Shown here in pieces: positions 60,997-64,000 of a stretch of 64,000 nt of DNA. The translations under genes were made by a program, and so were the position numbers. The stretch comes from Toensbergia leucococca. Lineage: Eukaryota. A model generated the notes under the pieces. It was not told where the DNA came from and did no database searches. It worked only from the letters and a program-made list of their open reading frames with translations. Each line of letters starts with the position of its first letter. Position 1 is the stretch's first letter. The DNA lies in assembly GCA_022813965.1 (NCBI GenBank), contig JALDZS010000107.1:1-64000 (forward strand). The letters run 5' to 3'.

Positions 60997-62972
60997 CTAT
61001 GTCGATTGAGCGTTCAGATTGAGAGGTGACACGCACGAGAAGGAGTTTAGCTGCGGGTTCTTGAATGCAGCGACCATTCTATCAAGTAAGAAGGCAGACC
61101 AGGTCAGTAAAGAAGGTCTTGTCGCAGAACAGCAATGAAATTAACTGGGTGGCACTTACCCTACGATAGCAGCATACATGCCCAGGCCACACATGGAGAG
61201 TGAGGCGAAGAAATATATCACGTGCCACACATTCTGCGCGACCCGCAGTGGGCCACCGCTCACGAACCCTCGCATCCAACGCTGCGTCGTTGTCCCGTGT
61301 CTTGTCACCTGCCCCGTAATAGGATCGAATCCTTCGCCTTCGCTTTCTCGATGCGCATTGTTCTGCATATCGTACCCCACTGCGAAGAGCGGCGGAAGTG
61401 TATACGTCAGATTCAGCAAAAACGAGGCGGATATGATGCTGACGAAGCCAAAGTAGTCTGGAATCGCTGCCGCGATGATGAAGGCGATGATCCACCAGAC
61501 AGGTACGATGGCGGCGTAATAAATTTTGCCGCGGCGAGTGATGAGAGGCGGTGCATTGAAAATGTCCATGAGAATGTTATTATAGAAAACTTTGATACCA
61601 ATGTTGCCATACAATCCGGCAGCGATGAGAGCGGCGATGAGGGAGATCATGTTGCCAACTGTTTGCCAGCCGTAAATTGAGATGCCTTGATAGCTGATTC
61701 TAAGCGGGAGTGAGCATTTAGCATATCGCAAAGAACGAGACTCAGCGCTAGGAAGGAGGGTCTTGCCGGGATTGTAAGGGGCTATCTGCTAAATATGCTT
61801 AAATTGTTGACTTACTCATAAGAATACTGCCCTTGGAAATGATAGACGTAGCAGCCATAGATCAGGTAAACACTATAAATGAAGAACTGCGCTCCCCACA
61901 TGGCTTTCAGGAAATCCCTCGGCCGTCTCATCTCGGCTAGGAACTCGACGAATAGCTGTGCTCCTGCGTAGGCAAGCACGCCGGATAATAAGCCGTTGAT
62001 ATTTCCCTCGAGGTTCGCAGCAGGAAGGCCCCCGTAGTGGATTATGGGCGGATAATTACCCTGCGCGTCTGGGGTTATGGAGGTAGGGTCGACGGCCGAG
62101 CCTGATGAGCCAAGGACGCTGATTTCGTAGTTTGGAGGACTGTGGGCCATCACACCCATGGTTATGAAGATAACCAGAAGGTTTAGCCAGACAGCAAAGT
62201 TGGCCACAAGGCCGTAATTTCTTAATGTGCGGATCTGTGTCATGAAGAAGCCGGCGATGACGAATAACAGGGGACAGATAATGTAGCAGAGGCGAAATTT
62301 GGAGACTTGGCTTATGTTCTGGCCGTATTGGATAGTTACTTGGCCGAGAATGAGGAGTAGGCCCAACGCTTGCATGATGTTGGTCACATAGCGGGCAGTC
62401 GTGCCCCAGGTACGAAAGGCAAGATCGCCATAATTACGGCAAGGGAATTCGTAACTGTCGAGGCCAAGGTAGGTATGCCAGATCAGATAGCCGGAGTAGC
62501 CAGCCATGAAGCCGAAAACTGTGTATAAGGCAATTCCAGGACCCCAGCCAAGGGTACCCATGGCGAAACCAACGCCGTATGGACCAAGTATGTCCGTCGT
62601 AATGAGGTAAAAGGCGGCGCCCCAAGATGCTGTGCGCATTGCACGACTGGCATTTATCCATTCTTCGTCGGTGATCTGTAGGCGAGTCTCCTTGTTTGCA
62701 AAGTTCTCTTGCGACACTTTCCCGTCATCATGATCAGCATTGATTTGGGGTGCGTCCTTGTTGGTGCTGCGATTGATAATTTCTCGCCATCGTAGCTTTG
62801 GAGATTCGATGGTCTTCTGCTCTTCTCTCGTGCGCTGTGCGTAATATCTGTATTCTTCGAATGTGACAGCGGGATCATGGAGCAGGCGCGCTTGAGGCTT
62901 GATGTAAGTGCTTTGCACTACTTGTTGCTTATCTGGCGAGCCTGCAAATTCGTATTCATCCTTCTCGTCCAT
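60997..62972 (-). CDS. Amino acid transporter (AAAP / Aa_trans family, Mtr-like)
   Basis: ASWGAAFYLITTDILGP, NYGDLAFR, AYAGAQLFVEFLAEMRRPRDF and LYGNIGIKV motifs. Two introns. Confidence 0.9.
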
Positions 62973-64000
62973 GGTGCTCTGAGGTTTGAGACGCGAAGAA
63001 GTCAAGGTTTGTGTCTGTTATGTTTTGTACATTTACAGTTGCAAAAGGATAGAAGCTTATCGCTCATGGAAGAGAGCAGGTAGAAATAAGTAAGAGGATG
63101 AAAGTGAGGGCAGATAATGTAAAAGTACTTTGCATTAGATGAACGCCGATCTTGGCGGGGAAGGCCGGTGAGCTGTGCTTGAATAACTACCTAATTGAGT
63201 CGGGCCCGAATGAAATGCAACGGTTGCGGTCAATACAAAGTCGAGTCATGGCGTGCTGCTCGGTCCCAAGCTTGTTTCCAAGTGCAAAACAGCGACGACA
63301 TTTTGCACACCATTGAACAGAGTCATCACTGTAATGGTAGTCTTCAAAGCCTCTCGTCGCTTTCGGCCGCCGTCTCTACGTAGAGCTGAGGGCAGATGTC
63401 ACTGTATCAGTTGCCTTATTGCGCCAAGCGTCGATAGAATAGAGCAGTGCTAAAATAGACAGGGATTTCATATTCCAGGTCTAGCATTGGGAGTCTCCGA
63501 CTACTCGCCGACTCGGAGTGTGGTGGTGGTGGATTGCTATCAAGTGTCAGCCATATCCGTACTCGTACGGATACGAGTACCATGTCCATTGATCCTTGAT
63601 TGGTTCATTTTGTCATGCGCTTGACGTCGCCGCTTTGTGAGTGATCTTCACCCGGTCCTCGTGCCCGTATCGCGGAACCATCAAGAGCAGATAGCTGTCG
63701 ACCGTTGATTAATAGAATATTTGATACAGGAGCGAGACAGCCTAAAATCTCCTAGTCCGTCGATCCCGAATTCTATTACAATATGAGATCCTGCAGAAGG
63801 AATCCACTGGTAAACCGCCAATCAGAGTCATCACTCCACTACTCCACCTATTTAAATAGTAAAATAGGTTAATCAAAGATGATCTACCTGCGACACAATC
63901 GTTTCTCTGCGACTCCGAAGATATATAGATGACAACTCGGGATGCTGAACCAATGAAACAGAGGAGATAGACTCTGCAAGATTCAGCCCCATAGGATACT

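Overview
Gene-dense chromosomal segment of a filamentous ascomycete (Pezizomycotina; short GT-AG introns with CTRAC-type branch sites). About 25 protein-coding genes were reconstructed by hand-splicing. They include a C2H2 transcription factor, a divergent Zn2Cys6 TF / DHA2-MFS pair followed by a miniature SLC25-like protein, the divergent RLP24/PAM18 pair, an alpha/beta hydrolase, atrR, a 932-aa intronless repeat coiled-coil orphan, cnxH (MOCS2B), AT-1, CENP-O, ATG29, YAE1, SCO1, a CBM18-bearing copper radical oxidase, a DUF3433 protein and an AAAP amino acid transporter. Structure not shown by the ORF track includes two TA-flanked TIR elements (a 161-bp MITE inside a hydrolase intron and an 880-bp element in the hydrolase/atrR divergent promoter), C-to-T-decayed pseudogenes, a GC-AG intron, a microexon, a probable intron-split start codon, a possible non-AUG start and a recurring intergenic TACG(G)AGTAC/TACCTAGGTA motif family. 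Several homopolymer-rich stretches look like low-quality consensus. No tRNA, rRNA, CRISPR or biosynthetic core gene was seen. All family calls are from motif recognition, not database searches.
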